From Candidatus Aminicenans sakinawicola JGI OTU-1 (GTDB taxonomy: Bacteria; Acidobacteriota; Aminicenantia; Aminicenantales; Aminicenantaceae): 64,000 nucleotides of DNA. Numbering within the stretch: the stretch's first letter is position 1; each line of letters begins with the position of its first letter. The position numbers were made by a program, and so were the translations under genes. Below the pieces are notes generated by a model. That model was not told the origin of the DNA, searched no databases, and was given only the letters and a program-made list of their open reading frames with translations. Location: the NCBI GenBank assembly GCA_000493965.1, contig AWNV01000001.1, positions 41,167-105,166 of the forward strand, written 5' to 3'. Below are positions 40,703 through 49,562 of the stretch, one piece after another.

Positions 40703-41884
40703 ATGAAAAAGCGGATAGGGATTTTAACTGGTGGCGGTGATGTCCAAACTCTCAATTCTGTTATAGCTTCCGCTTACAATGCTGCTAATACCTTAAACAT
40801 TGAATTGGTAGGAATTATAAAAGGGTGGAAAGGAGCACTAGAGGCGAATTATGTTGATCTATCAAATCTTTCCATTGACCCAAAAATTGGAGGGTCAATC
40901 TTAAAGCACTCACGGGTTAACATAAGTAAAGTTGAAAATGGATACGAAAAGGTTTTGGATAATTTTAAAAGAAACAATATAACAGGTTTAATTGTTATTG
41001 GAGGAGAAGACACTCTATCTAATGCGTTTTTGATTAAACTAATTCCCCAAGTTCTTATTTCAAAGACAATAGATAATGATGTGGGTCAATTTGAATATAA
41101 TGATAAAGAATTCAGATTAGAGAATATTATTAACTATTTTACTTTAGGCTTCCCGACTGCGGCTGAAAAGATAACCTCTTTTGTTAGCTTGAAAGAAGGT
41201 CTGAGAACTACAGCTTATTCCCATGAAAGAATTATTATACTGGAGGCGATGGGAATGCATTCAGGTTGGCTTGCTCTTTCTTCGGGAATGGGTTACCCAG
41301 ATTTTATCATTATCCCTGAATTTCCATTGAAGTATGAATTGTTTCTAGACAAGGTTATAAAAAAATATGAATATCAAAGACATCTTATCATTGTTGTGGC
41401 TGAAGGCGCAAAAAGGCAAAATGGATCATATGTTTGTGCAGAAAAAGATGAAATTGAAGATTTTGACCATCCTCGTTTTGGTGGGTCGGCATATGCTCTA
41501 AGAGATCAATTAAAAAAAGATTTAGTAAAACATTTCAATCTAAGGAATATTAACGCTGTGAATCCTTCGTACTTATATCGCTCAGGAACCCCAAATGAGC
41601 TTGATCAATTTTGGGCAAAAAGGCTGGGAGAAAGAGCAGTCAAATTGTTAGCTGATGGAATGAATGAGACAAGTTTTCTTGCTATTCAAAAAAATAAATC
41701 AGGATTCAGAGTTAAAAATTTCCCTTTATCAAATTTCAACTCTATTGATGAATTACATAGGTTTGTTGATAATAGACTTTATGACCCGGAAGAATTTCAA
41801 ATTACTGAAAATGGTAAGAAGTACTTAAGGGAAATTGTTGAAGAAATTCCGGTTGAGAAATCATATGGAATAAAAGAGGGATAG
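40703..41884 (+). CDS. PfkA-family phosphofructokinase-like sugar-phosphate kinase
   Basis: KRIGILTGGGDVQTLNSVI (compare PFK IGVLTSGGDAPGMNAAI), ..GLIVIGGEDTLSNA..; 393 aa. Confidence 0.7.
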   Translation: MKKRIGILTGGGDVQTLNSVIASAYNAANTLNIELVGIIKGWKGALEANYVDLSNLSIDPKIGGSILKHSRVNISKVENGYEKVLDNFKRNNITGLIVIGGEDTLSNAFLIKLIPQVLISKTIDNDVGQFEYNDKEFRLENIINYFTLGFPTAAEKITSFVSLKEGLRTTAYSHERIIILEAMGMHSGWLALSSGMGYPDFIIIPEFPLKYELFLDKVIKKYEYQRHLIIVVAEGAKRQNGSYVCAEKDEIEDFDHPRFGGSAYALRDQLKKDLVKHFNLRNINAVNPSYLYRSGTPNELDQFWAKRLGERAVKLLADGMNETSFLAIQKNKSGFRVKNFPLSNFNSIDELHRFVDNRLYDPEEFQITENGKKYLREIVEEIPVEKSYGIKEG

Positions 41885-41929
41885 AAATTAAGATGAAATG
41901 GAAATCAATATGATAACAAAGGAGGAACA

Positions 41930-42622
41930 ATGGCCATATTTTTAGACACAGGTAAAATTGAAGAAATCAAAAAGTACATGAATATGGGCGTTCTAAGAGG
42001 AGTAACGACCAATCCGACTATTCTTTTAAAATCTGGAGTAAAAGGAGGAAAAAAGGCTATTAAGAATAGATCAATTGAAATTGCGAATATAATTAAACCC
42101 TATCCTCTATCAGTTGAGGTTACGACGAATGAGCCACAAGAAATGATTGAACAGGCGAGAGAGTTTTCTGAGTGGGCAGGAAATATTAATGTAAAAATAA
42201 CAGTCCATGGCCCTAACGGTGAACTTGATAACCTAGAAGTGGCGCACTTACTAGAGACCAAATACGATATTCGTGTCAATGTTACAGCCATGATGAGTGC
42301 GCAGCAATGCTTTTTAGCTGCTTTAGCTGGGGCCACATATGTCTCTTTATTCGGGGGAAGGGTGAACAACATGGGTTATAATGTTTGCATGGAAATAAAA
42401 AAACTTCGTAAGGTTCTTGACAATTTTGGCCTTAAGGCAAAAATTATTATAGGCTCAACACGGGAAGTTTTAAACGTTATAGAGTGGCTTGAGGCAGGTG
42501 CTCACATTGTTACTGTTATGCCTGAATTTCTTAAAGGAATGATTATTCATCCTTACAGCAAAGAAACGGTGCAGATGTTTCTTGATGATGCGAAAAAAGC
42601 TGAGGAGATGCTTAAGTCCTGA
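41930..42622 (+). CDS. Short transaldolase / fructose-6-phosphate aldolase family (TalC/FSA-like)
   Basis: MAIFLDTGKIEEIKKYMNMGVLRGVTTNPTIL, a near-canonical N-terminus of the 220-aa transaldolase/FSA family. Confidence 0.8.
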   Translation: MAIFLDTGKIEEIKKYMNMGVLRGVTTNPTILLKSGVKGGKKAIKNRSIEIANIIKPYPLSVEVTTNEPQEMIEQAREFSEWAGNINVKITVHGPNGELDNLEVAHLLETKYDIRVNVTAMMSAQQCFLAALAGATYVSLFGGRVNNMGYNVCMEIKKLRKVLDNFGLKAKIIIGSTREVLNVIEWLEAGAHIVTVMPEFLKGMIIHPYSKETVQMFLDDAKKAEEMLKS

Positions 42623-42768
42623 GATGTCCTTGATAACAGTCTGTTCCTGAGTAAAAAATCAAGCGAACTACTTTGATATAGCATGTTAATGAAGATGCAA
42701 AAGTACTTAAAAAAAAGATCGTATTTGGCCTTGACAATTAGACTACTTCAAAATAATGTGCAAAGCCC

Positions 42769-43734
42769 TTGAAGCGATATAAAACTATAGGAATCCTGCT
42801 GAGTGCAGTTTTACTTGCAGTAGTGCTATTTAAAGCAGATTTGGGCGAAGTGGCTGCGGCACTGCGAGGAGCAGATTACCGATATCTGCCATTAGCAGTG
42901 ACCATTTATCTGACCAGCTTCCTTCTCCGCTCATGGCGGTGGGGGGTCCTTTTGAGGCCAGTTAAGCCTGGTATAGACTTTGGGTGCATATTCTCCACGA
43001 TTATGATCGGCTTGACAGCCAACAATCTCTTGCCAGCCAGGATAGGGGAATTAGTGCGAGCTTATCTTATCGGTAAAAGGGAATCCATCAGCAAGAGCGC
43101 TTCTCTGGCAACTATAGTGGTGGAGCGAATCCTCGATGGTTTCACTTTACTTGCCTTTCTTTTTGCCGGTATACTGCTTATCGCCAATCCTTTGGTAGCT
43201 CTGGATTTTGGACTGTATGTGTTGGCTGCTTTTATAGTGGTTCTGGTCGTGTTGGTTATTATGACTTTCCGAGGAGCTATGTGCTTGACCTGTATAGAGA
43301 AAGCCACAAGGATTTTGCCTGCCAAGTTCTCGGCATTCGTAATAAGATTATTCAAATCATTCTTAGAAGGACTGGGATCGCTGCGAGATGCGCGACTGAC
43401 CTTAAAAGGGCTGGCACTGTCTTTGGGAGTATGGACTATTGAAGGCTTAGTATACTATATTATCCTTTGTTCGTTTGGAATTCCCCTTTCTGTCTACGCG
43501 ACAATGGTATTGCTTGCCGTGGTCAATGTAGGAGCTGTACTGCCATCGGCACCGGGCGCACTTGGTACGTTTCAATTCTTCTGTGTCTTAGGGCTTGGCT
43601 TTTTTGCTGTGGATAAGAGTACTGCACTGGCCTTATCGGTGGTCTTGCAGAGTGTTATGTGGCTTCCGGTAACTCTGTTGGGGCTAGGGTTTCTCTGGCG
43701 AATCCCGGCTGAACTGCGGTTTCGTATAAAATAG
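42769..43734 (+). CDS. Flippase-like membrane protein (lysylphosphatidylglycerol-synthase TM region / UPF0104 family)
   Basis: 8-TM protein, ..FLLRSWRWGVLLRP..LLPARIGELVRAYL..; TTG start; about 50% GC against about 32% in the flanking genes. Confidence 0.6.
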   Translation: MKRYKTIGILLSAVLLAVVLFKADLGEVAAALRGADYRYLPLAVTIYLTSFLLRSWRWGVLLRPVKPGIDFGCIFSTIMIGLTANNLLPARIGELVRAYLIGKRESISKSASLATIVVERILDGFTLLAFLFAGILLIANPLVALDFGLYVLAAFIVVLVVLVIMTFRGAMCLTCIEKATRILPAKFSAFVIRLFKSFLEGLGSLRDARLTLKGLALSLGVWTIEGLVYYIILCSFGIPLSVYATMVLLAVVNVGAVLPSAPGALGTFQFFCVLGLGFFAVDKSTALALSVVLQSVMWLPVTLLGLGFLWRIPAELRFRIK

Positions 43735-43861
43735 TAAGAGAAACACATTCATACTTCGAAATGTTTGTGTTTGGTTGTGCACAGTCTGTAACAGTTTTGG
43801 TTAAATTTTTTTGTCATAAAAATGTTGACGTGAGCAGACGTTAATTTTACAGGATTGAAAA

Positions 43862-45919
43862 ATGCTTTTTAGAAACTCTCGTATTCGAGCGTTTTTCTTG
43901 TTTTTCGCTGTAGTCTATTTAGTAATATTCTACTTTTTCTATTTAAGGTATGTCCCTCTGGTAACGCCTTTTCAGATAATACTTATTCCGATTTTATTTA
44001 TTCTTTTTGTTTTAACAATGACAAACATTCAATGGGGGATTCTGTTTTTTATCTTTGCCTTTCCATTAATAAATAATCTCCCCTATTTTTTTGGAATTTA
44101 CGGCCATATTCCACATGCTCCTACTGCTTTAGTTTTATTTTTGGCTTTTTTTGCAGGGTGGTTAGTTCATTCTGTTTTTTCTAAATCAGAGATTTCTTTT
44201 GAACATCCAATTTTTAAGCCCTTAATTTTATTATCACTGCTTATTTTTGTGTCCGGAATTATCACTTTCCTTAGATATTCAAACTTTTATCCTTTTCTAA
44301 GTGATTACGTATACGAGCTCATTACTAACACGAATGGAGTAACCGCAGGGGGAGCCATAATGAGTTCGGTGTTTTTCTCCCTGAATTACTTAACAGGATT
44401 TGCTTTCTTTTTTATTCTTTTGAACACGGTTAAAGAAAAGGAATTTATAATAAAAATATTAGTGGTTTTATTAATAAGCACTTCTATTTCCATTGCTTTT
44501 GGTTTCTTCCAGCATTACAAAGATATAGAAATTGCAAATAATCCTATCAGTTTTACTCAAGGATTTATAAATGGGACATTTAAAGATGCTATGTCTTTCG
44601 GGGGCTATTTAGCTGTTTTAATTCCCGTGATATTATCAATGATTTTTTTCTTTAAGGGTACGCTTAGAGTTTTTTCCTTTTTAGTATTCATATCTGCAGT
44701 ATTTATCCTTCCTAATACCGGTTCAAGAAGCGGCATTGTAGCTTTGGCTGTAAGTTTTGTGTTTTTTCTGGGTTTTTATTTAATAAGCCTGAAAAAACAA
44801 AAATCTTTCTCTTTAAAGAAAATAATGAGTTTTGGTGCAGCCTTTTTACTTATTTTTTCTGTTATTATATCGATTCTATTATTTTCAAAAGGTTCTATAG
44901 TGTATAAAAGATTAGATGAATTGTGGGTGTCATATAAAGAGGGCGGATTGGAGAAAGCATTAGCTGAACGAAGTGCAAGCCAATGGAAAATGGCAGCCAA
45001 AATGATTAAGGACTATCCATTTACAGGAGTAGGAATCGGGGCATTTATAATTGAGCTTCCTAATTATGCAGAAACAGATCAAATTCCTCTAAGAACCACG
45101 GATTCTGCAGAAAATTATTTTCTTCAAGTTGGATCAGAGCTGGGAATAATAGGTCTTTTTTTCGCGTTGTGGATTTTTTGGTTAATTTTCAAACAGATAA
45201 AAAAAGGATTTGATAAATATTTATCTCAGGACAGATGGAAGTATATTCGGATCGGATTTTTCTGCGGGATAATTTCTATGTTCATGATTTTCTTTGTACA
45301 TACTTATATTGGAAGTTATGAAATTAAGTATACTTTCTGGCTCTTGGTTGGATCGCTTTTTATTATGAATAGAAATGAAGCTGAGCCTGAAAGCAGAATT
45401 CATTTAAGTAAAAAATTTAAAATTTTTAGCCTGGCGCTAGTTCTAATCTTCAGCGGGCTGCATTTATGGAATTCAACCCGCTCTTTATCTTTGAAAAGCC
45501 GGACAAAACTGTATGATCTACAGCAAAATTTCGGTCTCTATCAGTTGGAGAAAAACCAGGAGGGAAGGGAATTCAGATGGACGCGAGGATATGGTGGATG
45601 GACCATTAAAATTGAAAAGCCGGTAATTGAGATTCCAATGCTAGCTTCTCATCCGGATATCGAAAAAAATCCACTCAGAGTCAAGATCTATTTGATAAAA
45701 AATTTCTTTAAAGAGAAAAGACTGCTAGATGAGGTTGTTTTGACAGAAAACTCATGGAAAACTTATGAATATTATATTCCAGAGGAAGTCAATCGTCAGG
45801 CTATTTTGCTGTTCAAAGTTAGCAGAACCTGGAATCCTCTGAAAACATTTGGAACTCCTGATCCAAGGAATTTGGGGATAGCTGTGGGGAAGATAAACTT
45901 TAAAACACTAAATCATTAA
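43862..45919 (+). CDS. O-antigen ligase-like membrane protein with a C-terminal extracytoplasmic domain (third Wzy_C-type protein)
   Basis: 685 aa; the polytopic N-terminal 470 aa carry ..LPNTGSRSGIVALAVSF.. (Wzy_C); a soluble C-terminal domain of about 190 aa. Confidence 0.6.
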   Translation: MLFRNSRIRAFFLFFAVVYLVIFYFFYLRYVPLVTPFQIILIPILFILFVLTMTNIQWGILFFIFAFPLINNLPYFFGIYGHIPHAPTALVLFLAFFAGWLVHSVFSKSEISFEHPIFKPLILLSLLIFVSGIITFLRYSNFYPFLSDYVYELITNTNGVTAGGAIMSSVFFSLNYLTGFAFFFILLNTVKEKEFIIKILVVLLISTSISIAFGFFQHYKDIEIANNPISFTQGFINGTFKDAMSFGGYLAVLIPVILSMIFFFKGTLRVFSFLVFISAVFILPNTGSRSGIVALAVSFVFFLGFYLISLKKQKSFSLKKIMSFGAAFLLIFSVIISILLFSKGSIVYKRLDELWVSYKEGGLEKALAERSASQWKMAAKMIKDYPFTGVGIGAFIIELPNYAETDQIPLRTTDSAENYFLQVGSELGIIGLFFALWIFWLIFKQIKKGFDKYLSQDRWKYIRIGFFCGIISMFMIFFVHTYIGSYEIKYTFWLLVGSLFIMNRNEAEPESRIHLSKKFKIFSLALVLIFSGLHLWNSTRSLSLKSRTKLYDLQQNFGLYQLEKNQEGREFRWTRGYGGWTIKIEKPVIEIPMLASHPDIEKNPLRVKIYLIKNFFKEKRLLDEVVLTENSWKTYEYYIPEEVNRQAILLFKVSRTWNPLKTFGTPDPRNLGIAVGKINFKTLNH

Positions 45920-45940
45920 TCTAATAACGTAAGAAATTAG

Positions 45941-45991
45941 CTGCTCCCAGAGCAATGTCCGTTAAGGACTTTTGCTGGGAGCATTTTTTTT
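45941..45991 (+). terminator. Rho-independent terminator between convergent genes
   Basis: Stem ctgctcccagagcaa (45941-45955) / ttgctgggagca (45972-45983) followed by an 8-T run (45984-45991). Confidence 0.6.
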
Positions 45992-46874
45992 ACATAAAAA
46001 TATCAGGCCAGGTATCTGTTGCTCCATGAAAGGTCAGGCGTACGGCTTCTCCTTCCTTTACAGGCTTGATATAAATTTCATAATCACTCATATAGCGGTC
46101 AGCAGAAGGACTGGCGGCAAAAACAATATATTTCCCATCGGTTGACCATCTTGGGAAATAGCAGTGGGGACGTCCGGGAATTGAGTCCTCAAAAACAGTT
46201 TTATGATTCCCATCTGGAGTGCCGATATATATGTCGTGAATGCCGCCGTAGACCCAGACTAAATTCAGGCTGTCAGGACTGTAGTGCGGCATGCAGCCGC
46301 GGGAATAGATAGAATGACTGCTTCCGTCCAGCTTCACTATGTGGACGCTCCATGGATTTGGATAGTCAGAACTGAAAGAGAGCCATTTGCCGTCCGGAGA
46401 AATTGATGGATGCCTCAACCCTTTACCCTTAAACTCAGGAAGCTTGGCAGGAATGATCTCTTCTGGTTTCTGTTTTTCTATATCATAAAGCATAATGGAG
46501 TTCCCTGATTCTTTTTGAATAACGTAAACAATCTTTGAGCTGTCCTCAGTAATATCAAATGAAAAACCATCTGCTACAACCAGTTGGAAATCTGATCCAT
46601 CAGGACGCATCCTGTAAATATCATCATTTCGTTGATAATAAATCCATTTTCCATCTTTAGACCAGACAGGGTGTTCGTTTCTTTCCCGGTCATTTGTAAG
46701 ACGCACTTTTCCGGTGCCGTCAGCTTTCATCTTGTAAATTTCCCATGTGCCATGTCTTGAGGTAGACCAGACAATGGTTCCAGGGATCTTCCCCCTGATT
46801 GATGCCAGAACTTTCATTTCCTTAAGGGTAGGTGTAGTCTGAAAACTGCCTTGAAGAAATAGTGGAATGAACAA
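45990..46874 (-). CDS. Periplasmic TolB-like beta-propeller (PD40/WD40-like repeats) protein
   Basis: Repeated ..DG..I.Y..DIY.. propeller blades (RHGTWEIYKMKADGTGKVRLT, SKDGKWIYYQRNDDIYRMRPDGSD, and others). The signal peptide KYKYRLVILLFIPLFLQGSFQ begins upstream of the first canonical start, so the real start is unclear (46874 TTG, or non-canonical at about 46907). Confidence 0.6.
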   Translation of the reverse strand: MFIPLFLQGSFQTTPTLKEMKVLASIRGKIPGTIVWSTSRHGTWEIYKMKADGTGKVRLTNDRERNEHPVWSKDGKWIYYQRNDDIYRMRPDGSDFQLVVADGFSFDITEDSSKIVYVIQKESGNSIMLYDIEKQKPEEIIPAKLPEFKGKGLRHPSISPDGKWLSFSSDYPNPWSVHIVKLDGSSHSIYSRGCMPHYSPDSLNLVWVYGGIHDIYIGTPDGNHKTVFEDSIPGRPHCYFPRWSTDGKYIVFAASPSADRYMSDYEIYIKPVKEGEAVRLTFHGATDTWPDIFM

Positions 46875-46927
46875 TAGGATGACAAGTCTGTATTTATATT
46901 TATTTATGATATTTCATCCCTCTTTTT

Positions 46928-47806
46928 TTATTGGCTTTTATATGCAGCTTTATTGAGCCAGGATATTCCCAGAAAACAAAAATTCATCACAAGAAGAAGT
47001 TCAAGAACTTCAGAATGTAATGGAAATTCTGGATATTTTAAATAAAGCCACCCGAACATATCCCGAAATATAGAAGCCCAGATAAGCCCTATAATTAAAC
47101 CCGGGAGGAGGATTCTACCAAGGCTTAAAAGATTTTTCCTGGCTAAAGCCGCTATTAGAAACATAAAAATTATAGTTCCCATACTAAACCATAAAGGTTT
47201 CCTCAGGGGATTGGCAGCTTCTAGCCCGCTGAAAACCTTTAATATAACAACCAGATTAACACACAAGCCTAATGCGACAAGTGAAGTGATTATCCATAAA
47301 ACCATTGAAAATGAACGAAGAGTTCCCTTGATTTCACTCTGGCCTCGTAAAAAGAAAGATGAGGGAAAATTTTTCTTGATTTGTTCTCCATTAGAAATAA
47401 AAATAAGTGTTCCTAAAAACCCCAAGAGTAATGTTCCCAGGCTGAATAGAATTGGTGACTTAAAAGCCCAATTAAGTCCCTGGAATCTGTTCAACAAGCC
47501 TTGAATGATAACATTCATTCCTGCACCAAGTAAAAAACCATATATAGCAAGCGCCAAATATTTAATGAACCAAGCAGAAATTATAATCTCAGCAGCAAAA
47601 ACTCCCAAAATAAAAAATGTTGCAAGCAGAAGAGCAATCCAAGGCCAGGACCCTGAGGTTCTTGCCTTGAAGAATACCGCTGCCCAACATGTTATAAGAT
47701 TAATTAGAAAATAGATTATTCTGAATTGAGAAGGATGAAAAAGCGCGTTAGATGGACAGAAACATCTTTTTTTGCTATTAGTTACACTCATTTTAAGAAA
47801 AAACAT
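46928..47806 (-). CDS. Hypothetical integral membrane protein (8-9 TM helices)
   Basis: Hydrophobic profile only; no recognisable motif; co-oriented with the TolB-like gene. Confidence 0.4.
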   Translation of the reverse strand: MFFLKMSVTNSKKRCFCPSNALFHPSQFRIIYFLINLITCWAAVFFKARTSGSWPWIALLLATFFILGVFAAEIIISAWFIKYLALAIYGFLLGAGMNVIIQGLLNRFQGLNWAFKSPILFSLGTLLLGFLGTLIFISNGEQIKKNFPSSFFLRGQSEIKGTLRSFSMVLWIITSLVALGLCVNLVVILKVFSGLEAANPLRKPLWFSMGTIIFMFLIAALARKNLLSLGRILLPGLIIGLIWASIFRDMFGWLYLKYPEFPLHSEVLELLLVMNFCFLGISWLNKAAYKSQ

Positions 47807-48069
47807 TTTTTAATTATAGCAATGAAAATTTTTCATTTCAAGTCACTATAATATGATGAGTTTCACTGACTGTTTTAAGAAGGTCAAACTTGACTTAAAA
47901 AAGCTGTTTGGGCTACTTTATCATCTCGATCAGCCTAGGATCATTCCTGATATTGATATCTTAAGAATATAAATCAGTGTGAATAAGCAAAAGATTTTGA
48001 AATTGAAGGTTTGAAAAGGATTTTATAAAAAAAATTGCAATAACTTAACAAATATGTTAAATAAATAGT

Positions 48070-48708
48070 ATGAAATGGGAAGAATTTGTTAAAAAGATGG
48101 GTAATTTAGCTGTTATTGATACAGAGAATCTTCTTGCAGGTAAGGGAGACGATAATTCTGTAAAGGTGCAGATCAGCCGCTGGCTAAAAGCAGGACGTCT
48201 GATTCAGCTTAAACGAGGCATTTATGTTTTTGCCGAACAATATACAAGGATTAATGCTTTTGAGCCTTATATTGCGTGGGTATTAAAGAATCCTTCCTAT
48301 ATCAGTGTGGAGAAAGCATTGGAATACTATGATTTAATTCCGGAAGCAGTGCCTGTATATTGTTCAGTCACTACTAAAAGAGCAGGGGAATTTACTTCTG
48401 AGGTGGGGACTTTTTCATATAGGCATATTAAAAAAGAGCTTTTTTGGGGATATAAATCAATTACTTTAAATAAGCAAACCGGTTTTATTGCGCATTCGGA
48501 AAAGGCGCTTCTTGATTTAATATATTTAAAACATATAAAACCAACATTAGGATATCTAGAAGAATTACGATTACAGAATGTGGAAAAGTTGAATATCGAT
48601 ACATTATTTGAATATGCACAGAGATTTGAAAAACCTAAAATTCTACGCTCTGCAGAAGTGATTAAAGAGTATATCCTTTCTTATAAGAGAGAGGAGAAAA
48701 CGTTATGA
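48070..48708 (+). CDS. AbiEi-family antitoxin / transcriptional regulator (type IV toxin-antitoxin system)
   Basis: 212 aa; N-terminal wHTH-like region ..VKVQISRWLKAGRLIQLKRGIYVF.. typical of AbiEi; 4-bp overlap with the downstream toxin gene. Confidence 0.6.
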   Translation: MKWEEFVKKMGNLAVIDTENLLAGKGDDNSVKVQISRWLKAGRLIQLKRGIYVFAEQYTRINAFEPYIAWVLKNPSYISVEKALEYYDLIPEAVPVYCSVTTKRAGEFTSEVGTFSYRHIKKELFWGYKSITLNKQTGFIAHSEKALLDLIYLKHIKPTLGYLEELRLQNVEKLNIDTLFEYAQRFEKPKILRSAEVIKEYILSYKREEKTL

Positions 48709-49511
48709 AGGATTATTTGTTAGAGCTAACTGCATCTAAAAGAGGCTTTAATGCAAAATTGAATAGTATGCGAGAATATCTTCAAGCGTATATCTTGAAA
48801 ATATTTCATGATCAAGGGCTGTTCCGAACTACAGCTTTCTTGGGGGGAAGCGCCTTGCGATTTTTACATGGACTTCCGCGTTTTTCAGAAAATTTAGATT
48901 TTTCACTTACAGTAAACAAAACCTATTCATTTGTTGATATCATCAAGAAAGTTGAGAAGGAATTTGAGTCGATGGGCTATAAGGTTTCTATTAAATATAA
49001 TGATGAGAAGATAGTTTATTATGCTTTCGTGAAGTTTGAAGGCTTGATGTATGAAGCAGGAATTTCGAATCTTCCTGATCAGAATTTTACAATTAAGATT
49101 GAGATTGATACCAATCCTCCTGAAGGAGCTGTAACAGAGACAAGAGTAGTCAATAAATATTTCCCTATTGCCTTTTTATCGTATGAACTTACGTCACTGT
49201 TTTCAGGAAAATTACATGCTTTGTTAAGCAGAAAGTATACAAAGGGAAGAGATTTCTTTGATTTGGGATGGTATATTTCACGTTGGAAAGCTATCTGTCC
49301 TAACATTTCATTGCTTCATAACGCACTCAAGCAAACCGATTATAAAGGTGAATTGCCATTAGAGGATAATTGGAGGAAGTATATTTATGCGGTAGTAGAA
49401 AAAGAGGATTGGAAGAAAGTTAAGGAAGATGTAGAGAACTTTCTCGAAAATCCTTCGGATTTGGATATTTTTACAAAGGAAAATGTGCTCAATCTTGTTA
49501 GGGGAATATAA
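48705..49511 (+). CDS. AbiEii/AbiGii-family nucleotidyltransferase toxin (DUF1814)
   Basis: ..FLGGSALRFLHGLPRFSENLDFSL.. matches the DUF1814 hallmark (GGTAL..RFSEDxDF). Confidence 0.7.
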   Translation: MKDYLLELTASKRGFNAKLNSMREYLQAYILKIFHDQGLFRTTAFLGGSALRFLHGLPRFSENLDFSLTVNKTYSFVDIIKKVEKEFESMGYKVSIKYNDEKIVYYAFVKFEGLMYEAGISNLPDQNFTIKIEIDTNPPEGAVTETRVVNKYFPIAFLSYELTSLFSGKLHALLSRKYTKGRDFFDLGWYISRWKAICPNISLLHNALKQTDYKGELPLEDNWRKYIYAVVEKEDWKKVKEDVENFLENPSDLDIFTKENVLNLVRGI

Positions 49512-49562
49512 TCGAGAACTACAAACCTTATGTCACACCCGAGGTGACATAAAAGATTAAAA

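Noticed and set aside
46928-47806. Exosortase/archaeosortase assignment for the 9-TM protein next to the TolB-like gene
   Set aside because: No conserved Cys/Arg/Asn triad could be recognised by eye, so it is left as a hypothetical membrane protein.
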